From Candidatus Kutchimonas denitrificans (GTDB taxonomy: Bacteria; Gemmatimonadota; Gemmatimonadetes; Palauibacterales; KS3-K002), in contig JAACAK010000083.1 of the NCBI GenBank assembly GCA_011774835.1, forward strand, positions 25,042-89,041: a stretch of 64,000 bases of DNA. Direction: 5' to 3'. The first letter of the stretch is position 1, and each line of letters starts with the position of its first letter. The position numbers and the translations under genes were made by a program. The notes beneath the pieces were generated by a model, which did not search any database, had not been told where the DNA came from, and saw only the letters and a program-made list of their open reading frames with translations. Positions 22,859-32,139 of the stretch are shown one piece after another.

Positions 22859-24396
22859 TGACTCGCCGGCGCACCGTCATGGCCGTCATCCTGCTGGCGT
22901 GGGTGGCCGTGCTCGCCTGGCACGTGCGCCGGGAGTACTTTCGACCGCTGACCGTCCGACTGGCGGAAGCCTCGGCCAATCTAGTGCCGATGGCCTCTTA
23001 CTATGCGGTGAAGCTCGGCGACGCGACGATTGGCTACGCCGCATCGCGCGTGGACACGGTGCCGGGCGGTTTCGCCCTGATGGACGACTTGAGGCTGCGC
23101 GTCAACGTCATGGGCAGCGACGCTCCGGCCAGCGCCCGCACCGTTGTGAACCTCGGCGAGCGACTGGAGCTCAAGGATTTCCAGTTCACGCTTCGCTCCG
23201 ATTTCGGCGATTTCGAGGTCGCCGGTGAGATGGCGGGCGATACGGCACTCGAGCTGGCGATCGACGCCGGGGGTGACGAGCAGACGACGGTGCTTCCCAC
23301 CGGGGGACCCGTGCTGCTGCCCCAGGTCATGCCGATGCACTTCGCGCTGGGTGAAGAGCCGGAGGCCGGGGAGACTTATGTCTTCGAGATCTTCGATCCG
23401 AGCGTGCTTGAACGGCAGCGCGTGACGCTGGAGGTGGTCGAGGAAGAGACGGTGATCTTCCCGGACAGCGCCGAGTACGACGAAGGCTCGGATTCCTGGG
23501 TGCCGGTGCGCTACGACACGGTGGAGACGTGGCACGTGAAGCAGGGGTTCGGCGGACTCGAGCTCGACGCCTGGCTCGATCCCGACGGCCAGGTCGTGAA
23601 GGCGACGAGCCCGCTCGGCTATACGATCGAACGGACCGCGTTCGAGATCGCCTGGAATCGGTACCGGGCCCTGGAGGCGGCGGAGGCGCGGCTGGCGACG
23701 CCCGACATCATCGAGAAGACGGCCATATCGGTCGGCGTCGACCTTCCGGAGGGCGACCGCCTGGGCCGCTTCGCCGTGCGCCTGCAGAACGTCGATCTGG
23801 AGGGCTTCGATCTGGAAGGCGCACGGCAGACGTTGCGGGGCGACACGTTGTTCGTGGAGAGCGAGGCGGAGTTGCCCGCTGGCGGCTACGAGTTGCCCGC
23901 CGACCCGGACGCGTTCGGCGCGGAGCTGGCGGCGACCCCCCTGATCCAGGTTGATGACCCCGAGATCCGGCGAACGGCCGAGGAAGTGCTCGGCGGCGTG
24001 ACCGAGCCGCGGGCGGCGGCGCAGCGGCTGTCGGAGTGGGTGTATTCGACGCTGGACAAAAGGGTCACGTTGAGCGTGCCGAGCGCCCGCCAGGTGCTGG
24101 AGGCGGGCAGCGGGGACTGTAACGAGCACACGGTGCTCTATGTGGCGCTGGCGCGGGCAGCCGGCCTGCCGGCGCGAACGGCGGCCGGGCTGGTCTACGT
24201 ACGGGATCGATTCTACTACCACGCCTGGCCGGAGGTCTGGCTCGACCGGTGGGTCCCGGTCGATCCGACGCTGGGCCAGACGCCGGCCGACGCCTCGCAT
24301 CTGCGCTTCGTCGTGGGCGGCCTGGCGCGGCAGGTGGAACTGGTGAGGCTGATCGGCCTACTACGGCTGGACGTGGTCTCGGTGGAGGAAAGGTGA
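22852..24396 (+). CDS. Membrane-anchored transglutaminase-like (cysteine protease fold) protein
   Basis: An N-terminal TM helix (VMAVILLAWVAVLAWHV) is followed by a C-terminal transglutaminase core: GSGDCNEHTVLYVALARAAGLPARTAAGLVY...YHAWPEVW...VDPT (Cys-His-Asp). Confidence 0.8.
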   Translation: MVMTRRRTVMAVILLAWVAVLAWHVRREYFRPLTVRLAEASANLVPMASYYAVKLGDATIGYAASRVDTVPGGFALMDDLRLRVNVMGSDAPASARTVVNLGERLELKDFQFTLRSDFGDFEVAGEMAGDTALELAIDAGGDEQTTVLPTGGPVLLPQVMPMHFALGEEPEAGETYVFEIFDPSVLERQRVTLEVVEEETVIFPDSAEYDEGSDSWVPVRYDTVETWHVKQGFGGLELDAWLDPDGQVVKATSPLGYTIERTAFEIAWNRYRALEAAEARLATPDIIEKTAISVGVDLPEGDRLGRFAVRLQNVDLEGFDLEGARQTLRGDTLFVESEAELPAGGYELPADPDAFGAELAATPLIQVDDPEIRRTAEEVLGGVTEPRAAAQRLSEWVYSTLDKRVTLSVPSARQVLEAGSGDCNEHTVLYVALARAAGLPARTAAGLVYVRDRFYYHAWPEVWLDRWVPVDPTLGQTPADASHLRFVVGGLARQVELVRLIGLLRLDVVSVEER

Positions 24397-25151
24397 TACA
24401 GCTCAAGAACCTGACCAAGAAATACGGCGATTTCACCGCCCTCGGTGCGCTCAACCTTACCGTGCCGCGCGGCGTGCTCTACGGCCTGCTGGGCCCGAAC
24501 GGAGCCGGCAAGACCACGGCGCTGCGCATCATCGCCGGAATCCTGCAGCCCAGTTCGGGCAGCGTGTCCGTGGGTGGCTTCGACGTCCAGGCGGAGTCGG
24601 AGCGCGCCAAGAGCAAGCTCGGGTACATTCCGGACCGGCCGTTCATTTACGAGAAGCTGACGGGCGCGGAGTTCCTACGCTTCGTCGCCGGCCTCTACGG
24701 TCAGAACGGGACCGATGTGGATCGGCGGATCGACGAGCTGCTGGAGGTGTGGGAGCTGACGACGTGGCGCGACGAGCTGCTGGAGGCCTACAGCCATGGC
24801 ATGCGTCAGAAGCTCATCATCTCCTCGGCGCTCATTCACCGGCCCGAAGTGATCGTGGTCGACGAGCCGCTGGTCGGTCTCGATCCCAAGGCGGCCCGGT
24901 TGCTGAAGGATCTGTTCCGGGGGTTCGTCGCTCGCGGCGGCACGATCCTGATGTCGACTCACACGCTGGAAGTGGCCGAGGCGCTTTGCGACCGCATCGC
25001 GATCATCCAGGCGGGCCAAATCCGTGCCGAGGGCACGATGGACGACTTGCGGGAAGAGGCGCAGAGCGGTGACGCGAGGCTGGAGGAGATCTTCCTGAAG
25101 CTGACCGGCGGTGACGAGGTGCAGGAGCTGTTGGAGGTTCTCGGCTCGTGA
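24393..25151 (+). CDS. ABC transporter ATP-binding protein
   Basis: In frame within track ORF 24249..25151, with a GTG start overlapping the upstream stop (GTGA). Walker A is GPNGAGKTT, the signature is YSHGMRQKL and Walker B is VIVVDEP. Confidence 0.9.
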   Translation: MIQLKNLTKKYGDFTALGALNLTVPRGVLYGLLGPNGAGKTTALRIIAGILQPSSGSVSVGGFDVQAESERAKSKLGYIPDRPFIYEKLTGAEFLRFVAGLYGQNGTDVDRRIDELLEVWELTTWRDELLEAYSHGMRQKLIISSALIHRPEVIVVDEPLVGLDPKAARLLKDLFRGFVARGGTILMSTHTLEVAEALCDRIAIIQAGQIRAEGTMDDLREEAQSGDARLEEIFLKLTGGDEVQELLEVLGS

Positions 25152-26842
25152 GCGCGGTCTCCGTCGGCGTCTGGCACATGCTGAGGCCGAAGCGCATCAC
25201 GGCCCGCCGTCGGCTGGGCCGGCAGAGCGCCGGCGGCAGCAAGCTCGGCACGATTCTCGGCATCGGGGCGCTCTTCTGGCTGGCGGCCTACGGGATCCTG
25301 TACCGCATCCTCCGGTACTTCCAGGGTGTCGAGGACATCGGCGACTTGCTGGCCGCCAAGCTGCTGGGCCTGGTGCTGCTCACCTTTCTGGGCGTTCTGC
25401 TTCTGTCCAACGTGATCACGGCACTCTCCACCTTCTTCCTGTCTCGCGACCTGGAGTTGCTGATCGCGGCGCCGACGGTTCCGGAACAGGTCTATCTGAC
25501 GAAGCTCACCGAGACGGCGGTCCATTCGAGCTGGATGGTCACGCTGATCTGTGTGCCGATCCTGGTGGCGTACGGGAACGTTTACGGCGGCGGTCTCGAC
25601 CTGTTGCTGGTCTCGCTGGCGGCGCTGATCCCGTTCTTCGCCATCGTCGCCGCGATCGGTTCGGCGGTCACCCTGCTGCTGGTGAGCATTTTCCCGGCAC
25701 GTCGGGCCAAGGACATCTTCGGGGTGATCACGGTGGCGGCGGCGGGCGGCGTGGTGCTGCTGATTCGGATGCTGCGACCGGAGAGCCTGGCGACGCCCGA
25801 GGGCTTCCGTAACCTGGGCGAATTCATGGCGCTGTTGCGCGGGCCGACTTCCCCGTGGCTGCCGAGCGAGTGGGCGACCGACGCGATCATAGGTACCGTG
25901 CAGGAGGGATTCGATCCGTTCACTCTGGTGCTGCTGTGGAGCAGTGCGGCGGCGGTCGTGGTCCTCGGGATGGTCGTCCATGCTCGCTACTACCCGTCGG
26001 CGTTCACCCGATCGCAGGAGGGCGCACAGAAGCACACGGCCGGGCACCGGTTCGGCCTGTCGATGCGGTTCCTGTTCCGGCGGCTGGGCGTGAGTCGCGG
26101 GGAGCTGATGCTGAAGGACATCCGGGTGTTCTTCCGCGATACGACCCAGTGGTCGCAGCTGATACTGCTGGCGGTGCTGGTCGTGGTCTACATCTACAAC
26201 ATCCGGGCGCTGCCGTTGCGCACGGAAGGTGTGACGACTTTCTTCGCCAACATCGTCGCGTTCCTCAACGTCGGGCTGGCGGGCTTCGTACTCTCGGCGA
26301 TCGCGGCCCGCTTCGTGCTCCCCGGCGTGAGCCTCGAGGGCCCCACCCTGTGGCTGCTGCGCTCGAGCCCGCTGCGACCTCGCGATCTGTTGTGGAGCAA
26401 GTACTGGGTGGGCACCGTGCCGCTGCTGATCATGGCGATCGTTCTGACGCTGGGCACGAACCTGCTGCTCAAGGTGGGGCCGGCGATGATGGCGCTGTCG
26501 CTGGCGACGACGGCCGCGATGACGTTCGCGCTGGCCGCGCTGGCGCTGGCCTTCGGGACTCTGTTCCCTCAGTTCGAGACCGAGAACATGGCCCAGATCC
26601 CGACCAGCATCGGCGGCCTGCTGTTCATGATGTCGGCGGTGGCGCTGGTCGGTGTGGTGCTGGTCCTCGAGTCATGGCCGATGCTGACGATGATGCGGCA
26701 TCGGTTCATCGGTGTGCCGCCGACGACCGGTACGATCGCCATGGCGGTGGGCGGCGGAGTGGCCGCCCTGCTGATCTGCACGGCGGCGACGATCGTGCCG
26801 CTGCGGGTGGCGCTGCGGCGAATCGAGACTTTCCAGGCCTGA
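25148..26842 (+). CDS. Large multi-pass membrane protein, putative ABC exporter permease
   Basis: A 564-aa protein with roughly 10-12 hydrophobic segments. Its start overlaps the ATPase stop (GTGA). I recognised no catalytic motif. Confidence 0.65.
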   Translation: MSAVSVGVWHMLRPKRITARRRLGRQSAGGSKLGTILGIGALFWLAAYGILYRILRYFQGVEDIGDLLAAKLLGLVLLTFLGVLLLSNVITALSTFFLSRDLELLIAAPTVPEQVYLTKLTETAVHSSWMVTLICVPILVAYGNVYGGGLDLLLVSLAALIPFFAIVAAIGSAVTLLLVSIFPARRAKDIFGVITVAAAGGVVLLIRMLRPESLATPEGFRNLGEFMALLRGPTSPWLPSEWATDAIIGTVQEGFDPFTLVLLWSSAAAVVVLGMVVHARYYPSAFTRSQEGAQKHTAGHRFGLSMRFLFRRLGVSRGELMLKDIRVFFRDTTQWSQLILLAVLVVVYIYNIRALPLRTEGVTTFFANIVAFLNVGLAGFVLSAIAARFVLPGVSLEGPTLWLLRSSPLRPRDLLWSKYWVGTVPLLIMAIVLTLGTNLLLKVGPAMMALSLATTAAMTFALAALALAFGTLFPQFETENMAQIPTSIGGLLFMMSAVALVGVVLVLESWPMLTMMRHRFIGVPPTTGTIAMAVGGGVAALLICTAATIVPLRVALRRIETFQA

Positions 26843-26848
26843 GCGGGG

Positions 26849-27811
26849 TCAGAGCTCGCCGCGCTCCAGCAGCCCCTCCACGCTACGACGCTCACCCGAA
26901 AACTCCATCCAGCCACGCACGCGATAGAGCGCGTTGTAGGGTTTGGGCCCCTGGTCGATGGGGTACTCGTTGAACTGGCGCTCGGCGGCGGTCAGCTCGC
27001 AGCGGATATCGGGCTCGGGAATCCGGAACCAGAGCCGTACCGGTACGTTGCGACGCAGCTGGCTCGAATTGACGACTTCAACGATGCGCGATTCCAGCGC
27101 CGTCCAGCGGCGCGTCAGGCCGTCGGCGTACATCCAGGCGAAGGGGTCTCCATAGACTTCAGGTTCGGAGGTGTGGAACAGTACGATGATCGCTCCGTCC
27201 TCGGATCGCAGGATGGCGCGTTCGTACGCTCCGAACCGGACCGGGCGTTCGGGTTCGGGTCGCGCGAAGCGATGCGACACCACTATTCCCTGCGCCCGCT
27301 GGTTGCCCGCGATCCAGAGCGCATCACGTATCTCGTGCCAGGTACCGGCGCGGTCTTCCCATGCATCGAGATGGTTGCCAAGGTCCAGCGTGTAGTCGGA
27401 AGCGCCGACCCGAAAGATCAGGTCGTCCGGATCGCCGTCGGCGTTCACCGTGAGGCGAAGCGCCGGGACCGGCATCAGCCGCCAGGGCGCGCGGATCGGG
27501 ACCGTCTGCGAGTCCACCGCCAGCAGGGTCTGCCAGCCGTTCCGGACGAGCTGCCAGCCGAAGTACCGGGTGACAACCTCATCCGCCGTCGCCGTGTTGG
27601 CGAAATGTAGAATTAGCGCCCGGGTGCGACCCGCCTCGAAGGGGAGGAATTGCAGGCTGGTGGCGTATTCGATAACGGTTGTCGGCGGTGTGGCCACCAG
27701 TTCGTCCAGAACGCCTTCCGACGCGCCGGACCCCTCCCGGTCGTCACCCCCGGGTCCACAGGCCATGGCCAGCAGAGACGCGGCCGCCAGGTACCGATTG
27801 GGCGGTTTCAT
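26849..27811 (-). CDS. Lipoprotein of unknown function
   Basis: The lipobox-like N-terminus is MKPPNRYLAAASLLAMACGPGG. I can name no conserved catalytic motif. Resemblance to AttH/CrtC-type lipocalin-like proteins is only a weak impression. Confidence 0.55.
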   Translation of the reverse strand: MKPPNRYLAAASLLAMACGPGGDDREGSGASEGVLDELVATPPTTVIEYATSLQFLPFEAGRTRALILHFANTATADEVVTRYFGWQLVRNGWQTLLAVDSQTVPIRAPWRLMPVPALRLTVNADGDPDDLIFRVGASDYTLDLGNHLDAWEDRAGTWHEIRDALWIAGNQRAQGIVVSHRFARPEPERPVRFGAYERAILRSEDGAIIVLFHTSEPEVYGDPFAWMYADGLTRRWTALESRIVEVVNSSQLRRNVPVRLWFRIPEPDIRCELTAAERQFNEYPIDQGPKPYNALYRVRGWMEFSGERRSVEGLLERGEL

Positions 27812-27994
27812 GCTGGCAAGCTATCGCGCGAACGGGAGCGGCTCAATACGCCGGCTCGGGTGGCCGCGGAGGTCAGACGCCGGCGAAAGAGGTCCGGCGC
27901 ATGCGGGCATTGGACGATCGTCACCTTCGCTCCTATCTTCAGCGCGGCCCGTTCCGGGCCGCGAGCTGGCGTGCGACGAACCGGCGAGTGAGAA

Positions 27995-29314
27995 ATGGCG
28001 CTACACAACAAGATCGGGATCGGACTTGTGGCCGGTGTGGTGGTGGGCGTGCTGGCCAACGCCCTCGACCTCGAGTGGCTGCGGCAGGCCATCAGCTGGG
28101 TGGCCCCACTCGGGCCCGCCTGGATCCGGCTCATCATGATGATCGTGGTCCCACTGGTCATGGCCAGCCTGATCGTCGGTACGGCGAGTCTCGGCGACAT
28201 CACGCGGCTGGGCCGCATCGGTGGCAAGACCGTCGGGTTCTACCTGGGCACGACCACGATCGCGATCACGATCGGCCTCGTGCTGAGCAACCTGGTTCGG
28301 CCGGGCCGGGGCGTGGATGAAGCGACGCAGGCGCAGCTGATGGAGAGCTTCGGTGGCGACGCGGCGGCTAACGTGCAACTGGCGCAGGAAGCGCCCGGCA
28401 TCATGGACGTCGTGCTCAACATCATACCGCGCAACCCCGTTGAGGCCGCCGCCAACGGTGACATGCTCCCGATCATTTTCTTCTCGCTCATGTTCGGCGC
28501 GGCCCTGTCTCTGGTCCAGCGCGAGCCCCGGGAGACCGTGCTCGGCTTCTTCAACGGGGTCAACGATGTGGCCATGATCATGGTCGACTGGGTCATGCGC
28601 CTGGCTCCGTACGCGGTGTTCGTTCTGCTGGCCGACGTGGTCGGACAATTCGGGCTGGACCTGCTGCGTAGCCTGGCCCTCTACATGCTGACCGTGATCT
28701 TCGGCCTGGCGCTCCATGCCTTCGGGACCTACGCGCTGGCGATGCGGCTGCTCGCCCGCTTCAATCCGATCGAGTTCTTCAGACGGATCCGCAAGGTCCC
28801 GATCATCGCCTTCTCCACCTCGAGTTCCAACGCCACGCTGCCGGTGACGATCGAGTCGGCCGAGGAAGATCTGGGCGTGAGCAACGAGGTCGCCAGCTTC
28901 GTGCTGCCCCTGGGCGCCACCATCAACATGGACGGCACGGCGCTCTATCAGGGCGTGGCCGTGATGTTCATCGCGCAGGTGGTCGGGATCGACCTAACCT
29001 GGCAGGCACAGCTCATGGTCGTGCTCACCGCGACGCTGGCCTCGATCGGAGCCGCCGGTGTCCCATCGGCCGGGATCATCATCCTGACCGTCGTGCTGGC
29101 GCAGGCCGGCGTCCCGGAAGCGGGCATCGCGCTGATCCTCGGGGTCGACCGGGTGCTCGACATGTGCCGGACCGCGGTGAACGTGACGGGCGATCTCACC
29201 TGTTCGGCGTTCGTCGCGCGGAGCGAGGGCGAGGAGTTGACCCCGCGCCCGATAGGGGTCGAGGAGGCGGCGCTGCGGGGGGCGACCGTGAAGAAGGGGG
29301 CTGGACTCGGCTGA
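27995..29314 (+). CDS. Dicarboxylate/amino acid:cation symporter (DAACS family, GltP/DctA-like)
   Basis: Signature blocks are FSTSSSNATLPVT, GATINMDGTALYQGVAVMFIAQ, AGVPSAG and DMCRTAVNVTGD. Confidence 0.88.
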   Translation: MALHNKIGIGLVAGVVVGVLANALDLEWLRQAISWVAPLGPAWIRLIMMIVVPLVMASLIVGTASLGDITRLGRIGGKTVGFYLGTTTIAITIGLVLSNLVRPGRGVDEATQAQLMESFGGDAAANVQLAQEAPGIMDVVLNIIPRNPVEAAANGDMLPIIFFSLMFGAALSLVQREPRETVLGFFNGVNDVAMIMVDWVMRLAPYAVFVLLADVVGQFGLDLLRSLALYMLTVIFGLALHAFGTYALAMRLLARFNPIEFFRRIRKVPIIAFSTSSSNATLPVTIESAEEDLGVSNEVASFVLPLGATINMDGTALYQGVAVMFIAQVVGIDLTWQAQLMVVLTATLASIGAAGVPSAGIIILTVVLAQAGVPEAGIALILGVDRVLDMCRTAVNVTGDLTCSAFVARSEGEELTPRPIGVEEAALRGATVKKGAGLG

Positions 29315-29326
29315 CTCGGTCCGCCG

Positions 29327-29797
29327 CTATCCGTCCACTCCCAGTCGACGGTCGAGATCGCGAAAGAACTTCCCGATGCGGCGCGTGTTGACCCCCAGGT
29401 CGGCGTTGCCGACCCGCGACTGCGACCACATGTCGACCCGGGTCAGGGCGTTCGCATCGAGCCTGATCTTGAGGCGGACATCGTCGACGAACCGGAAGAC
29501 GGGAGTGGTCGCTTCCGCTCCGATCAGCCCCTTGTCCTCGTTGGCGCGCACCAGGTTCCAGCGCGGCCGCTCCCTGATCATCTCGATCACCTCATCCCAG
29601 ACTCTGGCGAACGGAACCATGTAGGTCCGCCCTCGCAGGCGCGGGTCTTCTGCGTCCTCGCTGGTCTGAGCCGAGTTCTCTGTCAGCGCTTTGATCAGGC
29701 GGCTTCGCATGGCATGTCGCAGCGTGAGGTCACGCCTGATCATGAGGGGCGCTCTGCGTTTCGGCAAGATCGGCGGCCGAACCAGTGGGGTCGGCAC
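29327..29797 (-). CDS. DUF1499-like protein
   Basis: The C-terminal block FVDDVRLKIRLD...VDMWSQSRVGNADLGVNTRRIGKFFRDL resembles the DUF1499 signature (SRxGxxDxGVNRxR). The start is uncertain, since several in-frame Met codons are available. Confidence 0.55.
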   Translation of the reverse strand: MPTPLVRPPILPKRRAPLMIRRDLTLRHAMRSRLIKALTENSAQTSEDAEDPRLRGRTYMVPFARVWDEVIEMIRERPRWNLVRANEDKGLIGAEATTPVFRFVDDVRLKIRLDANALTRVDMWSQSRVGNADLGVNTRRIGKFFRDLDRRLGVDG

Positions 29798-29880
29798 CCC
29801 CCGTCGGTGGCTGGCCAGCGAGGGTTGATTGCATAGTTTGAGGCGGAGAGTTGAAGCGAGAACTCACCAGGGAGAGACGA

Positions 29881-30888
29881 GTGAAGGTTATCATTCCACT
29901 GGCAGGCAAGGGAACGCGGTTGCGGCCGCTGACACACACGGTGCCAAAACCGCTCCTCGAGGTCGCGGGCAAGGCGGTGCTCGACTACGTCGTCGAAGAT
30001 CTGGTCGACCAGCTGGACGTGGAGGAGCTGATCTTCATTACGGGCCACCTGAAGGAGCAGGTGGAGGCCCACGTGCGGGCGGCGTACAGCGTGCCGTCGA
30101 CATTCGTCGAGCAGGCGGTGCAGAACGGCACGGCCGGGGCGATCAAGCTGGCGCAGCCGCATGTCGATGGGCCGCTGCTCATCGTGTTCGTGGACACGCT
30201 ATTCGATGCCGACCTGTCGGCGATTCGCCGGGATCCGGAGGCCGATGGCTTCATCTGGGCAAAGGAAGTGGAGGACTACCGGCGTTTCGGGGTGATCGTC
30301 ACCGACGAGCAGGGTGTGATGCAGACGATCGTCGAGAAGCCGAGCGAGCCGATATCGCGTCTCGCCAACATCGGCCTCTACTACCTTCGCGATCATGAGC
30401 TGCTATTCGAGGGGATCGATCATACGCTCGAGTCCGATCCGTATCTGGGCGAGTACTTCCTGACCGACGCGTTTCAGTACATGGTCGATCACGGGTCGCG
30501 CATCCAGGTGCTCGAGGTGCAGGGCTGGTACGATTGCGGCAAGCCGGAAACCCTGCTGGCCACTAACCGGCATCTGCTCGAGACCGGTGGGGCGCGGCGG
30601 CCGGAGTCGGTGGGTGACGTGAAGATCGAGGAGCCGGTGCGGGTCGAGGAGGATGTCGAGATCTCGAGCTCGGTCCTTGGCCCGAACGTGTCGGTGGGGA
30701 AGGGCAGCCGCATCCTGCGAAGCATGCTGCGCGACTGCATCGTAGGAGAGGATGTCGTGATCGAGGATTGTACGCTGAGCGAGTCGTTGATCGGGTCCAA
30801 CTGCCGCGTCCGGGGCATCGAGGGTACGGCGCTGTTGGGCGCCGATTCCGTGGTCGGTTGCGGCGGAGAGCCGCCGGCCATCGACTAG
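29881..30888 (+). CDS. Sugar-phosphate nucleotidyltransferase with C-terminal left-handed beta-helix
   Basis: VKVIIPLAGKGTRLRPLTHTVPKPLL is the NTP-transferase signature G-x-G-T-R-x-x-P. The C-terminal hexapeptide-like repeats include VEEDVEISSSVLGPNVSVGKGSRI. GTG 29881 fits the family N-terminus better than the track start TTG 29851. Confidence 0.8.
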   Translation: MKVIIPLAGKGTRLRPLTHTVPKPLLEVAGKAVLDYVVEDLVDQLDVEELIFITGHLKEQVEAHVRAAYSVPSTFVEQAVQNGTAGAIKLAQPHVDGPLLIVFVDTLFDADLSAIRRDPEADGFIWAKEVEDYRRFGVIVTDEQGVMQTIVEKPSEPISRLANIGLYYLRDHELLFEGIDHTLESDPYLGEYFLTDAFQYMVDHGSRIQVLEVQGWYDCGKPETLLATNRHLLETGGARRPESVGDVKIEEPVRVEEDVEISSSVLGPNVSVGKGSRILRSMLRDCIVGEDVVIEDCTLSESLIGSNCRVRGIEGTALLGADSVVGCGGEPPAID

Positions 30889-32120
30889 AGCTCGGCGACG
30901 GCGATCAAGATGTCGAGCAGGCGAACGGCACCGGTTGCACCGTCGCTGTCCTCGAACCATTCGTGCTCGGTGTGCATGTCACCCGACCGGCCGCCACCGC
31001 CAACGGCGATGGCCGGGATGCCCAGTGAGATCGGCACGTTGGCGTCGGTGGAGGAGGAGACGAGGGCTGGAGACGCACCGGCCGCGCGGGTCGCCGCTTC
31101 GGCGGCGCGCACCAGCGGGTGGGTCGGCGGCACGACCCCCGCCGGACGCTCGCCGATGATCTCGACCTCGGCGCTCAACGAGCCGCTGCTGCGACTTCCC
31201 TCGGCGGCGATGCCGGCGGCCAGCAGCTCGCGGATGCGTGACTCGATCCGGTCGATTGCGGCGGCGTCTTCCGAGCGCAGATCGATCTCGACCCAGATAT
31301 CGGTGGGTATCGCGTTGATGGCGGTGCCGCCGCCGACCCGGGCCACCGTGAGGGTGGTTCGCGGGTCCTCTGGTAACGGGAGGTCGGCGAGGGCGGCGAT
31401 CAGACGGCCGACGGCGTTGGCCGGGTTGCAACGTCCCCAATCGCTCCACGAATGGCCGCCGGCGCCCTCCACCGTTATCCGGAAACGGCGGCTGCCGAGC
31501 GCGCGGTGGATGATCCGGTTCAGTCCACTCCCATCCACGGCGAGAAAAGCCGCGGCCGAACGGAGCGTGCTGCCGGGGCGGAACAAATGTTTGACCCCCC
31601 GCAGGTCGCCCGGCCCCTCCTCGCCGACCGTGAAGACGAAGAGCAGCGGCCGCCGCGGCTCAGCGGCGCAGCGGAATAGGGCCCGGATGACGGCGAGCGT
31701 CACCGCTAGACCGCGGGCGTTGTCGGTGATGCCGGGCCCCACCCAGCGATGTCCGGCGGCCTGGATCTCGACCCGGGTCTCGGGCCCGAACACGGTGTCG
31801 AGATGGGCGGCGATGACGACCGGCGGGTCGTCCTTTGCGGTGGCCCCCCGGGGGAACCCGGCGAGCAGGTTTCCGACTTCGTCGAATCGGGGCTCGGCGC
31901 TCAGCGACTTCAGTTTGGCGGCGACGGCTTCGCCCCGGGCGCGCTCTTTGAAAGGCGGTGACGCGATGGCCGCGAGCTCGATCTGCTCTTGCAGGATCGC
32001 CGGGCCCTGGTCGTCCAGCCAGGCCCGTGCGATAGCGACGCTGGCGGTCGCGCCCTGGGAAGAGCCGTCGGTATCCGTACGCATGCGGCAAAACATTGGA
32101 GCCGCCGAAGAGGCTGTCAA
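30885..32120 (-). CDS. M20-family metallopeptidase (ArgE/DapE/PepT-like)
   Basis: Signature blocks are AAHLDTVF, GITDNARGLAV, FTVGEEGPGDLRGV and GGGGRSGDMHTEHEW. The start may instead be an internal Met at about 32084. Confidence 0.8.
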   Translation of the reverse strand: MTASSAAPMFCRMRTDTDGSSQGATASVAIARAWLDDQGPAILQEQIELAAIASPPFKERARGEAVAAKLKSLSAEPRFDEVGNLLAGFPRGATAKDDPPVVIAAHLDTVFGPETRVEIQAAGHRWVGPGITDNARGLAVTLAVIRALFRCAAEPRRPLLFVFTVGEEGPGDLRGVKHLFRPGSTLRSAAAFLAVDGSGLNRIIHRALGSRRFRITVEGAGGHSWSDWGRCNPANAVGRLIAALADLPLPEDPRTTLTVARVGGGTAINAIPTDIWVEIDLRSEDAAAIDRIESRIRELLAAGIAAEGSRSSGSLSAEVEIIGERPAGVVPPTHPLVRAAEAATRAAGASPALVSSSTDANVPISLGIPAIAVGGGGRSGDMHTEHEWFEDSDGATGAVRLLDILIAVAEL

Positions 32121-32139
32121 CGCGGGACAGAGGTGATAG

